Source: Marsupella aquatica (lineage: Eukaryota; Plantae; Marchantiophyta). Taken from it: a DNA stretch of 64,000 nt. The notes below the pieces were generated by a model. It was not told the DNA's origin. It ran no database searches and saw nothing but the letters and a program-made list of their open reading frames with translations. The translations under genes were made by a program, and so were the position numbers. Location: contig OZ316893.1 of the NCBI GenBank assembly GCA_973895155.1, positions 19,348,857 through 19,412,856 on the forward strand. Direction: 5' to 3'. Shown piece after piece: positions 50,350 through 63,380 of the stretch (positions are counted from its first letter, which is position 1; the number at the start of each line of letters is the position of its first letter).

Positions 50350-51370
50350 TAGGAATAATGTATCCCATGGCAAAGCAGTTGTAGAAGAAGTTTTGGAAAA
50401 AAAGTGAATTACCAATGGTTGACAAGTATCCTATTGGAAGAACAGTGAAATATATACCAATGGTGGTCAAGTATGTTTATCTTAGAGCTGATTGGGGGAT
50501 GAACTTGTCTTCCAATAGTGCCATTTTGAGGTGCCATTAGGGGCCAAAGATCTTTAGTTAGGCTAGATATCGAAGCATGACATATTGCTAGGTGATAAGA
50601 GGTACAACATACATTATGGTGCACTTCTTGGGCAGTGCTATCACCCAACGCCTACGTTTCACTGTGTCCCAACAGAAAGATCAAACTCATATAATTATGG
50701 TATATGGCGAGTGTCCTCACAATGCTAGGTGAGGCTTCCACTTGGGTTGCTGCTAGTCCTACTCCTTTGTGTACATACGATCTATGAAGGGTCCAATGTC
50801 TAGTGTACAAGGGCAAGGAGTTCTCATTCTCAGTTTGCTGGCACATCTTGAAAGATTGTCCAAGGTGGGCAATGCCTCAAGGTCCAATGGCCAAGGGGAA
50901 GTCGAATCCCAAACAGCCAATTGCCTGGAAGCAAAAGCAAATTCACAATGAGCAGGTAGACAAGGAGAATTCCCCTCAGTTCTCTGATGGCAACATTGAT
51001 TCTGACATTGACAAGGAGCCGAGCGACAATGGCAGTACAGTGGGAACATCAATGAAGAGACCCCCTAGAAGCAAGATGGCAAAAGACAATGCCAAGAGAT
51101 TGAAGGCCCAAGAAGATGCATTTAAAGTCTCTGCCCAAGCTCAAAAACTCATTGCATAAACTGGTCGTCGGTGTTTGAGAGTCCTTGAGACATCCACATT
51201 CATGAATATCCTCAGCATGCCCACAGATCATCTTGACTATGCCACCCAAGATTTTTTGTGAGTCTTTAAGGAGCAAGAGATGGCTAAATTGAAAGAGAGG
51301 ATGACGAGAGAGAGCAACCCACTACCCCCCATAGCAGCAAGGACCTCCCTGCCAGTTCCTGTGGCACCCT
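50350..51370 (+). pseudogene. Harbinger Myb/SANT-like (NAM-associated domain) accessory gene relic
   Basis: KEFSFSVCWHILKDCPRW ... KRPPRSKMAK motif; surrounding frames are disrupted; boundaries approximate. Confidence 0.7.
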
Positions 51371-51941
51371 GTGATGAGGGGGATGATGAGCCTTTTGAGA
51401 GTCAAAGGCCCGATGATGTAATTTTGTGAATTCTATAAATGAATTCACGTTGGAAGGAATTCCAGCTTTTATTATAAGTTTAGCAATTGATGTCTGATGT
51501 GTTTCTGTTTTCAATCCTCTGCCACAACACTAGACACCACGGCACAAAAAGTCCAAACAATTTGCTCATTATCTCGCTCATTATGTCTCGGTCTTCTCGT
51601 CATTTCTTTTGCCCTCTACAGTAGTGAGGTCACCATTCAGAATAATTGATTGCAAGGGGATGGGACGACAATTGCAGAGCACACGGAGTTGTCATTTGTC
51701 TCAATGTTATCTCAATCTTAATGTCTATTGGTAGCACAGTAGTGTCTGCATTTCAGAGCACCATTTTGGATTTCATAATCTAGGAAAGTTGACAGCTACA
51801 TTTATGTCTATAGCTCTATATATGTAGCTCCACTCGTTTCCACATTCAAACTGTCTCTCACTACAATGTCAAATCTGCATACGTTTCATCCAATCTGCCA
51901 TTTTCACCTCACCCTTCCGCTTCCACAAATGCTCAATAAGA

Positions 51942-53245
51942 TCATTTCGCAAATTGAAGTGTCCAGAGTGACTTTCGAGTTGGGCAGTGGCAGCCAAGTA
52001 GTTCCTTCCATGGCATGGTTCCTCTCTGCGTGGGCAATAACTGACCTCCCTCCATCCGGAAATCCTCATGCACTTCTCCTCTCTCATCCTCAATAATCAT
52101 GTTATGAAGCACAATACATGCCATTAAAATCATTGTCACTCTTTCGAGGTGCCAAGATCTGGCAGGCTGCTTGACAATGCCCCATTGTGCCCGGAAGACT
52201 CTAAAGGCTCGTTCAACATCTTTTTTGACATCTTCTTGGCATTCTGCAAAAAAACATTTCTTCTCAGACTGGGGCTGGTGAATGGTTGTCACAAAACAAC
52301 TCCACTTCGGATAAATGCCATCAACAAGAAGATAAGCTCTGTTGTACTCTGTGCCGTTAATTGTATACTTGACCTGATCATAGGTGTCATGTAACATGTC
52401 ATTCACCAGTGGAGATTGATCTAGAACATTAAAGTCATTGTTCCCACCAGGCAACCCCAAAAATGCATGCCAAATCCACAACTGTTGATTTGCAATTGCC
52501 TCAAGCACTATTGACTTCAAGCCGTCTTTGTCAGTGAATTGTCCCTGCCAAGCCATAGGACAATTCTTCCACTCATAGTGCATGCAATCAAGTGAAGCAA
52601 ACATCCTGGGAATACTCTCTTCTCATTCACAACAATGAGTCTCTCAAAGTCATTCTTATCTGGCTTCCTCAAGTACTTTTCTTCATACAATTCTCGAATT
52701 GCTTTGTAGAACCTTTATAGGGATTTTTGAGCATTAGACTCTCCCAGTCGACAATACTCATCAGTAGCATCCGCCCCAACTCCTTGTGCAAGCTGTCGAA
52801 GTGCAGCAGTAATTTTTTGGAAACCAGACAAACCCAATTTCTTTGTAGCATCTCGTTTTTGCTGGAAGAAATTGTCATGTGCACACACGGCAGTGCAGAT
52901 TCTTTTGAAGAGTCTCTTCGTCATTCTAAACCTTCATCTAAAATCTACTCCATCGTATGTACAGTTTTCAGCAAAATAATCGTCCCATATCATCTGGTGC
53001 CCACGTTCTCTCCTTCTCTCTTTATTGGCCCTCTTGCCAGGTAGTGATCCTCCTCCTCGCTTGCGTTTTTGAGTAATTGAGTCCACACCTTGCATGGACG
53101 ATGGCCCAGTGAACAGCAATTCGTTAAGCAAAGCTTGCTCTTCCTCCATTTCAGCCAACTCCGATTCGATCTCTTTCTTCAAATTCTCTCTCCAAGCCTC
53201 TAGTCGCGCAATGTATGCATAGGATTGAGGTTCTGGAATCACCAT
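51942..53245 (-). pseudogene. PIF/Harbinger (plant ALP1/HARBI1-like) DDE transposase, disrupted
   Basis: DYFAENCTYDGVDFR*RFRMTKRLF, MFASLDCMHYEWKNCPMAWQGQF, YLLVDGIYPKW, KDVERAF, ACIVLHNMIIEDE. Premature stops and frameshifts. Confidence 0.9.
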
Positions 53246-54629
53246 TGCTAATGACAGGTTTGAACCAGGCCGCTTAGGTTCAAACCATAGGTTACGTTCA
53301 TTTGGCAGCCCAAAAGGAGGGCACGGGTGCAAACTGTGCAAAGCACATTCCTGCAAAAGAGTACCCTGCCAAACAACACCCCACCAAACAGCACCGGATG
53401 GCAGCCTGCTTGCCCTCAACCGGTGCGGATGCTCTAATATACCAAAACCAAAAGTACTTCTCAAAGCTCAAAAGTTGATAAATTTACCTTTGTACTTAAG
53501 GTTAATCAGGGCGGCTTGGCCAGATTAGAGTCTTTTGTTTAGTTTGGCGGGTGCTGGGCCCGTTTGTTTCCTTCTTGAGTGGCGTTTGTCCCCTTGCGTG
53601 TTATTGACGGCCTCTGCACCCGTTTAGGGCGCTAGATAAAGACAAAAATGTAAGACTGTCAATATCATGAAGTTTGCTAACACCCAGATAGTCCCAGCCC
53701 AGTGTATGTTCTGACTTAGATGCTAGTGCATTATATGGGCTTTCAAGAACTTGACTGCAATTTTTTTTTCCTTTCCTATGTGTGAACATGCAATCCTAGC
53801 CATTCAAAGAATGAAATAGACCAGACTTCACTTCACATAAACTTGGGGGCACAATCAGGCAATTGAAAACAGTCACCCAGAGTCACTTCACGTGAACTTG
53901 GGGGCACAATCAGACAAAACCATTACCTATCCAAGTAGTCTGCTAGTTGGCCCCTTATGGGTCCCCATTTTTGCTGACGTGTGCATGGTTTTTTTGTGCA
54001 AACCCACTTAAGTACACACCAGTTGTAAACTCCTCCCATTGTATGTTACTCTTATGGATAAATGCGAATACCCAACTTTGCACTTATGACATGCAAATCC
54101 AGTTGCACACCGGATGTAAACTCCTTGGTCCATTGCACATTGAGACACTATAAGCTCTTATGGATATATGCAAACTCCAAGTTTTTGCACTTATGACTTG
54201 GTGCAAGCCCAGTGAAGTGCAGACCGGAAGCTGCTTCCAGGAGTGTGCACTTAGAGAGAGCCAACTTGATGACGACATTTCTTGGGCGTATGCACCAAAA
54301 CTGGCAGCACTGTACAATCCAACTCTTCGTAAAATCACCGTCGAAAAGTCGAAATCGAGGTTGGACCAAAGCCTCTCTTCTCTCTTCTCTCTTCTCTGCT
54401 GTGACCAGAATCAAATCGATAGCAAGCAGAGCCGCAGTGCGAATCGAGAGCTACAATCAGTAGTGGAGCAGCTAGGAGGGCTGAGTTGGGCTGAGTTGGG
54501 CTGAGTTCAAGAGTTACGGATGAGCTACTGCTAAGCTGAGAGGTCTGAGAGCTTTTATCTCTTTTCTTCTGATTCGATTTGCTCCTCGTTGCAGCAGCAG
54601 TAGTAGTAGTGGAGCACACGCCAGGGAGC

Positions 54630-57618
54630 ATGATGACCGCCGCGGCTGCGACCTCAATTCTTTCCTCTCAAGCTTCTTCGATCTCCCTCCGCACGTACAC
54701 GACCGCATTTGCTAGAGGATTGGTTCCCAACGCGTCCCTTATCTCCACCGCCTCACACTTGGTGCCTAGGCGTTTGGCTTGGTCTACACCCTTGCGCCAG
54801 ACGAGCGCTCCTCGTTGCATTCCCATCCGGACGGTCGCCACCGCCAGCGTGCTTCAATCCGGTACGTATTCGGAATGTATGCCCCGGCCTCGCAGGGCCG
54901 TTTGGTGGAGTGTTGTTTTCTGTCTCGCCTTCATTCGATTTTGAGGACCTTTGCGGTGCTGTGGAGTGGGAACAATCCCGTAATCCTTCGTGCCTGTATT
55001 CTCTGGTCGTCCACGGCTTCCGCTCTTGTGCCGAGCTTTGATGGTATGGATTCAGCTGTTGTGAGTGGTACGTCACAGTCCGTGCCACCGTTGCCTCCAC
55101 GCTAGGATGCCAAAAGTTGTCCTTGTGCGTAACGGACCGTATGGGACGCAAGCTGGCCAAACTACAGTTTACCATATATCGACAAATGCGTCGTCTCTCC
55201 TTTCCCGTACCAAGAATGCAGTTCAAAGTAAATTAGGCATTGACATTCCCCTCACAGCAGCTCACACCGTATATACTGTGAATTGAATGCAACAATGAAG
55301 GTTGTCATCGCCGTCCGTGTCAAAGGTAGCTGCTTCGTAGTTTTTGCAACTGCGGGAATTCTTCCTACATTTTTCCAATTAGGTGTGACGGCTTTTCATT
55401 TCGTTTTTCTATCCGTCAGATCATCTGCTCAGTTTGTCGAACTAGGTACACTCCTGAGGACTTATCCTTTGGGATACCACTTTGTACATACTTTCCTGGA
55501 TTCTTTTTTTTGTTTCTCGAGCTTGAATAGGTTTAGAGGGTTGCTTCGATGTGACAAGTCTGAGCGGAGGTCGTCCGCCACCACGTGAATTGTAATGATA
55601 AGTAATGACGATTGAAGCCGAATTGCAAAGTAGCGAGCTGGAAAATTGAAGAGTAGGCTGTGAGCGTAACAAAATGTAAAATCTAATTCATAGAGCTTAA
55701 GGTCAAGGTCAGACAAAGTGTTATCGTTTGTCCTTGGAAGAGGCTAGTCTTGAGGTAATTACTGTGACTTTCTCATCCTCAGAGGAATTGTTATCCCTAT
55801 GTTTATGGAAATTCGTTCTTTCTGTGCAGCAATGAATGTGGAGAAGCAAGCCGTGGTGACCGATAAAGCACCTGCAGCTCTTGGCCCCTACTCTCAAGCT
55901 ATTAAGGCTAATGATCTTCTTTTTGTGTCCGGTGTCCTTGGCCTTGTCCCCGAGGTAAAAGTCCTGAGTGTTCGTTCGGTCAATCGTTGAAGATATATGT
56001 GCTTCTGTTGAACGGAGAAGGAAGGACGTCCTCTGCCAGATCTGCGGGCATATTTGTGTGTAGAGACTGAATTGGATATCAATGACTGTTGGTCGGGCGA
56101 AGTGGTCACAAGGGAGAAAGCAGCAGTGATCAATTTTACATGTTTCTCTTTTCCAGTGTGACCAGAAGCTGATGGTAAATTTTGATTGCAGACAGGGAAG
56201 TTTGCTTCCGAGGAAATCGAAGGGCAGACGGAGCAGGTTAAATCATCTACACCAATTTTGCTTCCAGTTTCCATAGCCAATGGAGCATTTAAAGTGGACT
56301 CCTCGTAGTTGATGTGGATGGTGTGTGCCAACCTAGGTGTCCTTGGACTCTTAAGCCAGCTTTCTGCGCAACATACTTAGGTCGTGAGTCTGCTTAACTT
56401 AGATGTGGAAGCTCTACCCCATCTTATATCGTAGGGTGAGAATTTCTCGGTCATATCGTAGCTAAGAAGGGAATGCAACCTGGTTTCTATCACTGGAGAT
56501 TCCCTGAACGCTGTCTTTATCTAGATAGTCATCCATGCATTGATGATTTTTATCTCTTACCAAGTTAGTAACCCCACATCCTTCAATCTAAATCTGGTGT
56601 GAGTGGAAACGAACTAAACAGCATAATTTGTGCGCAGTAGGGTAGCATCACCGACATTTAGACTTTGGTCTTATTGAACGTGTGTCTCCGCAGATAATGA
56701 AAAACATGGGAGAAATATTAAAAGCTGGAGATGCTAGCTATGAATCAGTTGTAAAGACAACCATCATGTAAGTGCCTTCTTGTCCTTTCTAGCTTTTCTT
56801 GGAGAGAACGAGGATTATACTCTTCCCATCGGCTCTCCCTTGAATCTTGTAGGGCGGGAGCCGACTATGTACTGAAGCTGGATGTGCAATGTACAAGTGT
56901 TGAATGTCATTCAGATTGGTACATGTTGAGTAAAAACGAGTAGCTGGTGTTATTATGTGCTAGATAATCTTGCAGCAGATATGTGCTCCGGCATGAATAT
57001 TGTGTGGTTTATACTTAACCTTGCAATAACACTCAGATTGGTTACATGTTGAGTAAAAACGAGTTGCTGGTATTATCATGTGGTAGATAATCTTGGAGCA
57101 GATATGTGCTCCGGCATAAATATTGTGTGGTTTATTCTTAAACTTGCACTAAGTTTGCATGGTGAATGATGCATCTCATTGGCCTTTCATCTGGATCAAT
57201 TCAGGCTCGCAGATCTTGCCGACTTCCAGGCTGTGAATAAGATCTATGCCAAGTGTGAGTTAAACATCACATGTATTTCTCTTGGTGGATTTTATGTATT
57301 CTTATGGAGAAATTCAAAAGATGGTTTCATTCCCATACTGGTCTTTATCTGTTGAGGCTTATGCATACGAATATTAAGACCTTTGAATAAAGTCCTGAAT
57401 GGCGGGTAATATTTATCTTAAATGTGATTTAATCCTTCCTCTACTGTCACAACTTCACGTTAGCACTGTCTCGCAAGTAGCTGACAAAATATATCTTGGA
57501 TACAGTTTTTCCTGGAGCGGCCCCGGCACGATCAACTTATCAAGTAGCGGCTTTGCCATTGAATGCACGGATCGAGATTGAATGTATCGCCACAATCAAA
57601 TCTCAGTCTTTATTGTGA
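54630..57618 (+). CDS. RIDA: Reactive intermediate deaminase A (YjgF/YER057c/UK114 family) with transit peptide; exons 54630-54861, 55830-55954, 56192-56236, 56694-56767, 57205-57254, 57506-57618
   Basis: Spliced product: Ser/Thr/Ala-rich N-terminus, then KAPAALGPYSQAIKANDLLFVSGVLGLVPETGKFASEEIEGQTEQIMKNMGEILKAGDASYESVVKTTIMLADLADFQAVNKIYAKFFPGAAPARSTYQVAALPLNARIEIECIA. All introns GT-AG and in phase. Confidence 0.95.
56912..57148. repeat. Tandem duplication (~122 bp x2) within RidA intron 4
   Basis: CAGATTGG(T)TACATGTTGAGTAAAAACGAG...ATATTGTGTGGTTTAT occurs twice. Confidence 0.85.
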
Positions 57619-58764
57619 ACAGCAGCTGAGGTATGATGTAGAAGATTGAAGGAAATGGGGGTAATGATAAGGAATGACTCAATAGTTTACAATTTGAAGG
57701 AGCTCGTTACCTCGCTGTATCTGTCAGACAAAATGCTCATCCTTCCTGAACGATTGATTGTCAGGTCAAGCTCCGCACTCGAAATTCGAGTTGTTAGGTT
57801 CAGTACGAAGTTCATTCTTGGTACTTGTCTTACCACTTCCATTTTTTTCATACATCTATAAACAGGATTCTAAACCATCAGTCTACTTCTCGACTACTCA
57901 ATTTAGAGCATCGGTTGTGATATTAAATGCTGGTATGGAAGGGGGGTGCATTTGTGATCCCATTACATCAGAAAGGACTCGGGAGATATGGAAGGAGTAC
58001 CAGGACTCCATGAGTATCTCCTTAATTTGACGACATTGGGCACTCACGAGAGGAATCAACGAAAATCCTAGATTTCACATTTTGACTGTTTTTAGAATCA
58101 ATTGTCAGTATCACTCACCCAAGGTGAAAAAGTAGTTACTGTGCTCGTGGATATTTCTATCCTTGTAACTCTTATAATTTCTCGAGGGTTAGTAACGCCG
58201 ACTAACTCTTGAGTTGGATCATACTTCACTTGTGAAACAGTCTGTGAAGGAGGAGATTGTTCACCTTTAGTTTTCCAGTAAGCACAGCTTGATTATGAAC
58301 GTTTGAGGACATCCATCTAGTTTATTCATGGTCCCAAATTCCCATATGCCGTTCCTGAGCCAGTGATCCACACAATGAGGGACAAAGTTTAGTGCCTTAA
58401 ATCGAATGAGCGCACTACGGTTTGCCGCCCCTCTGACTGGTGTGCCGATTTTGAGTTTACTCTGCTCAATACTACTCGTGATATCGCAGTTTGATGCACA
58501 GTACTCCACACCAACGAAAAACAACTCGTCCACAAATCTTTCTAAGGAGAACTACAATTCTAGAATTTGATTCATGTCACTGTGCAATGGGTTGTCAGAC
58601 CGCAAGAACGCAGACGCCTTAGTGCTGCCAAATCCATTCCAATCGGAAGACTCTCAATCACAGGTTACCGTTCTGGAAAATCAGATCATAACCAGATGAC
58701 GAACGGTTAAGACTGTGCCATAGTCCCTATTACTTTTAAGCTTTGAAGTGTTATCCTCTTTCTA

Positions 58765-58852
58765 GACTTCAAGTTGAATTCACTTAAAATTCAAGAAGCG
58801 ATTCCATGGACTTCAAGTTGAATTCACTTAAAATTCAAGAAGCGATTCCATG
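58765..58852. repeat. Exact 44-bp tandem duplication
   Basis: GACTTCAAGTTGAATTCACTTAAAATTCAAGAAGCGATTCCATG occurs twice. Confidence 0.9.
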
Positions 58853-59288
58853 GTGTAATATTGAGACAATTCTGATCGACGACTGACTGCTATGGCTTTT
58901 GCAAATTGCTTCACAGTGGGTGAGTAGTAGCAATCGAACAAGCCAGAATGACTCCACTGGGGTCTATTAGCCCTTTTCAACAGATTCGCCAGTCATGTCA
59001 AGCACGTTAAGTTAGTTCTCTTTTTTAAAGCGATAAGGGCTTGAGATATGGATGATTAAGATAGTTGCATTTGAGAGTGTTGGGGAAGCAATGCTGAGGT
59101 AAGCTGAACGACACCCTTAATTTCTCCTAGGATTCTATGTTACTGTAGTGATAGATTACACGGCAAAATCGGTTTGAAAGTACTCACTCAGTTCTCAACG
59201 AAAATTGGGGATGCTGGTGCGATTAGAAGCCTCGTTTCAATATCTGTCCAACGCAATTTTTCACGTTTCATTTCATTCACATTTTGAG

Positions 59289-59502
59289 TCCAAAATATTC
59301 TGCTCTCTGGAAAGATTCTCCGTTATAAGTAAGACTTCGATCTATCACAACTTGCTCAAAACGTAAACTTGTAGGATGCTGTTGTTGTTAGCACTACTCC
59401 AAAATATTCTGCTGTCTGGAAAGATTCTCCGTTATACGTAAGACTTCGATCTATCACAACTTGCTCAAAACGTAAACTTGTGGGATGCTGTTGTTATTAG
59501 CA
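59289..59502. repeat. ~109-bp tandem duplication
   Basis: TCCAAAATATTCTGCT.TCTGGAAAGATTCTCC...GGATGCTGTTGTT occurs twice. Confidence 0.85.
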
Positions 59503-61546
59503 GTAGACTTTGGAGCCACTTCTGTTGCAGCATAGCGCGCACTTCATTTCGTTTCGAAACGGCACTTCATTTGGTTTAGAAACGGCTCGCAACGTTAAAT
59601 TTTTGCTCGAGATTCTGCAGAAGGCGAATTCGATCTGTCATAACTGGTTTAAAACTGGAGTAAAGGAAGGCATTGAGTGCCTTTGAAAAATAATTTTCCG
59701 GAGATCTTTGGAACGCACCATAGCCTTCGCAATTTCGTCGAGAGTCGGCTGTGCCATTAATTCAAAAACATTTTGCTTGACAGAACATTTTGTGAGGTGC
59801 TCCGTTTTTCATGTTACCACGAAAGGCGAGAAAGAGCCAGGGAAGAAAAAACCCTCCCTGAAGTTTGTCAAACCTGGTCACTGTCCATTCACATAATTAT
59901 GAAGGACCCGCTGGCCTCACTCCTTTCAACAGAGTTGTGCCTGAGAAGTTCCAAGGCATGTCCCGAAGGAACACGAAGTTAAAAACGAAAAGACCGGCCT
60001 CACCCTTCCATCAGAGTTGTGCCTGGAAAGTTACTGTCCGTTCGACATACATAATACTAGGGCGTCTCAAAACTTCATAGTTGTAGATGTTGGCCATAAT
60101 CAAATGACCATAGCTTTTTACAGGGTTCTGTTAAAGCTTTTTCTCACCAGCCTCTACACTGACTTATGGTCATGGTCATACTTTGTGGCAAAAACTATGG
60201 ATAATGAATTTAATAATCGATAACTTTTTCTGTCTGTGACCTTTAGTACTAAGTTAAGGTCGAGACCCCCTTTTGGGACGGTTTGGCGAAGGAATAAAAT
60301 GTCCCGAAACAACAGAAAACGGATAAGTTCAAAAAGAGTAGGAATTCAGATGGTGCCATTACCTCCAGCAGTATGACGAGAAGAGAATGGGCAAAAGCTT
60401 CCGCTCCACGCCTCACCTGGAAAGCTGACTTGGCAGGTCTGGTTGGCTCTTGGCTCTTGCGGCTAGAAAGGGCAATAAATTAAAGTGACAGAGCAAACAG
60501 TAGGTAGAGATCATCAGCCTGCTTCGACAATGAGGCGGAGAAGAATTTATTGTCCTTGTGTCATTGTTTACAAAATGCCTGAAGGAGTACCATACCGTAA
60601 TCTTGACAGTCCCGACACGAGAGGTACCGTAGCGACCTCTACTGGACATGTCTTCTCGCTTTGCGACAGAACGAATCATATCCTTTCTTGGGGTCACCAT
60701 TGTTCTGAAGGGTGCAGATGCATCAGAGGTGACTCCTCGAGCTGCGAAGGAAGAAGTAGCCTTCGGTGTTTGTCCTTCGTTTGTCGCTTCTAATTCTGGG
60801 CACCCAATCCAGGATTCTCGCCAGGGTAATTTTTAAGGATTTAAATTTAAATTTAAATTTTGTCCAAGGAGCCTCATGTTCCTCTTGTGTCAAGGAGACG
60901 CTAGGAGTCCACACCCATATGAAATTCACTCGTGTCATGTGTTAAGAGGAAAAAGATGGTGGGAATATTCCATATTTTGAATTTCCTAGACTAATAATTG
61001 GCCGTTAGATCTTTCTATTTAAGAAGTGGGCATCAGATTCTGGCTAGTAGGCCGTCGGGCTTGGTGGGAAACTGGCTAATGTGACCCAAGAGTCCAGCAA
61101 ATATTTGCCAAGGTGGCAAGAGGCTTTTGAGATGGCAGATGTTGGCAAAAACTAGCCACTTAAAAAATGTCTATTTCGCTGCTGCAGTCCATGTGTGGCG
61201 TTTACCCCACAACGTTTTTGTCTTGGGATGGCTCACCGAGTTAAATGTGACAAGACTACGCATTGTCTAAACCAGAATGACAAAAAAGAAAAAGAAAAAG
61301 TAATCCAAATAAAACAATATAGCAAGAACGGTTCCGATGACGAGGCAGCTAGTGTGGATAAGGCAACTGAGATTCTTATTGAGTATCTTACTCAAGTACA
61401 GCCATGCTTGCCTATGCTGTTTCTTTCCGCTAGTGGGATAAAGAAATACATAACAAGTAATCTAAATAAGACAAGATAGCTAGAAGGGTTCTCACTATAA
61501 AGAAACTGAGATAACTTAGAAGAAAAATGAGCCATAATCTCCATAA

Positions 61547-63380
61547 ATGAGCCATTTGCTGGGCCTCGGTTTACGGGTTCAGCCTGTGAAGAGTCGTACA
61601 TGGAGTCCAGCTGGGTTACCCTCTGATCTTGCGCTTCCTCCAGGGTTCTTACGTCCAGCCGATGGTCTTCGGGTCCTTGGCTCCCCAGTCGGTACCGCCT
61701 CCTTTTGCTCATCTTTCATCGCTGACGCTCTATAGGCCGCCTTAGCCCCTACTCCTATGCTCCCTAAGTTAGCAGATTCTCAGGCAGCATTTGGGATGTT
61801 GTTGAGGTGCATCCACCCTCGTGCATCTTATCTGGCTCGGACACATCCCCCTACCGAGGATCTTTGTCTCCACCTTCGAGCATTTGATGTCTCCATTCGT
61901 GAGACTCTGGCCTCTCTTTTAGGGCCGGGTACGTTGCTCTCATCTCCGTGGCTTCATCGAAAACTCGGTCTTCCTATTTCGCAGGGTGGTTTTGGTCTTA
62001 CTTCCATTGCGAGCCTTGCACCTTTGGCCTTTTTGGGTGCGTGGGCGGCCGCCTTCTCATTGTTGGCCGATCGTTTCCTTACTGAGGATCGCCCTTTTTT
62101 ACTTTCATCTCTCATGGAGGTAGAGGAGGGTTCCCTCCCGTTTCAGGTTCATTTGCGCGCGACGCGGTCATCATTACCAGATCCCGTTCGTGTTGCGTTA
62201 CCTTCTTTTCAGGAGTTTTTATCCTTGGATCCCGTCCGTCTTCAGGCAGACCTCGCTGGGCGTATGCATGCTTTCACCCTTTCCAGCATCCTCTCCGAGG
62301 CACCTGACACAGACCGAGCTCGGATTCTTTCTTCCAGAGGGAAGGGCGCAGGAGGATGGCTTCAGGCCAATCCAGCCATTCCTCATTTGCGGATGTCTTC
62401 AGCGGAGTTCTCCATAGCCATGCGTCTTCGTATGGGGCTGCCCCACCCACTTCTTGCAGGTTTACCTCCTTCTTGCCCTTGTGGGAAGCCTTGTGATGCC
62501 ACAGGTGTCCATCTTCTTCGGTGCAGTTTGGGAGGTGAAACCATTACTGTTCACGACGCGGTGCGCGATGCAACTGCTCAAGTTCTCTCTGGCTCTTTGG
62601 TATGCGTGCGGCGGGAGGTGGTACTCGAGGTTACCTGGTCCTCCATCCCAGTGGTTACGGGTGGATCTTACTATGGTCCGTGAGGGTCAACGTACTTTGG
62701 CAGATGTAGTGGTGGCAAACCCATTGCGCCAAGACATCCTTGGGACAACGGCAACAACAGTAGGGGCAGCAGCGTCACGTGCGACAACAACGAAGGAGGC
62801 CAAATATGCTGCACGCGCTTCATCCGACAGCTTCCTCCCCCTTGCTCTGGAGCTCTTCGGGCGTCTTCATCCTCAGTTTGATGGGCTTCTTCGGCAAGCT
62901 GCCCGGGATGTTCATGGCCGAATGGGTCCCACCGGACCCCCGCTATCTGTTTTGACCACGCACTTTCGCCAACGCATTTCAGTCACCTTACAGCGTGCTC
63001 AAGCTCGGGCCATCTATCGTCGATCTCTTACAGTGGGTGCTAGTGTGCCTCCGCAGCGGCTAGCTCCCCTAGAGGATGTTCCAATCCCACTTGCCGATCT
63101 AGTTTTGACCCTTGATGTGGACCATTAGCTTTTTGTCACATTTGCTACGAATGATGTGGACCTCGGTCCGGTTGGGTTAGTTTTAGTCCCTCTTTCTTGG
63201 TTTTTAGGGGTTCCCTATTGCTCATTTCTTACTTTTAGTTCCTCTTTTTTGGTGTTTTGAGGTTCCCTTTTGTTCACTTCTTTTCGGTTTGGTTTGTCCA
63301 CTTGGACCCTCATTTGTTTGTTCTTGTGTACAGTGTTTGGTCCCTTTCTATAAAAAGTGTGTGTATATATATATATCTAT
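61547..63380 (+). mobile_element. 5'-truncated CRE-like non-LTR retrotransposon (RT C-terminus, CCHC knuckle, restriction-like endonuclease), ending in (TG)n(TA)n
   Basis: GLRVLGSPVG, LGLPISQGGFGL, GAGGWLQANP...FSIAMRLRMG, CPCGKPCDATGVHLLRC...HDAVRD, RVDL...LADVVVANP...KEAKY...FLPLALELFG. In-frame TAG at 61733-61735, frameshift near 62620-62660, stop at 63128. Confidence 0.85.

Larger units (their letters stand above)
50100..53434 (-). mobile_element. Decayed PIF/Harbinger DNA transposon (left boundary not found)
   Basis: Convergent transposase and Myb/SANT-like gene relics. Right end CCGGTGCGGATGCTC|TAA resembles a GAGCATC-type TIR with a TAA target. Confidence 0.8.

Noticed and set aside
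60300-60830. Possible gene fragment
   Set aside because: No recognisable motif or consistent splice structure.
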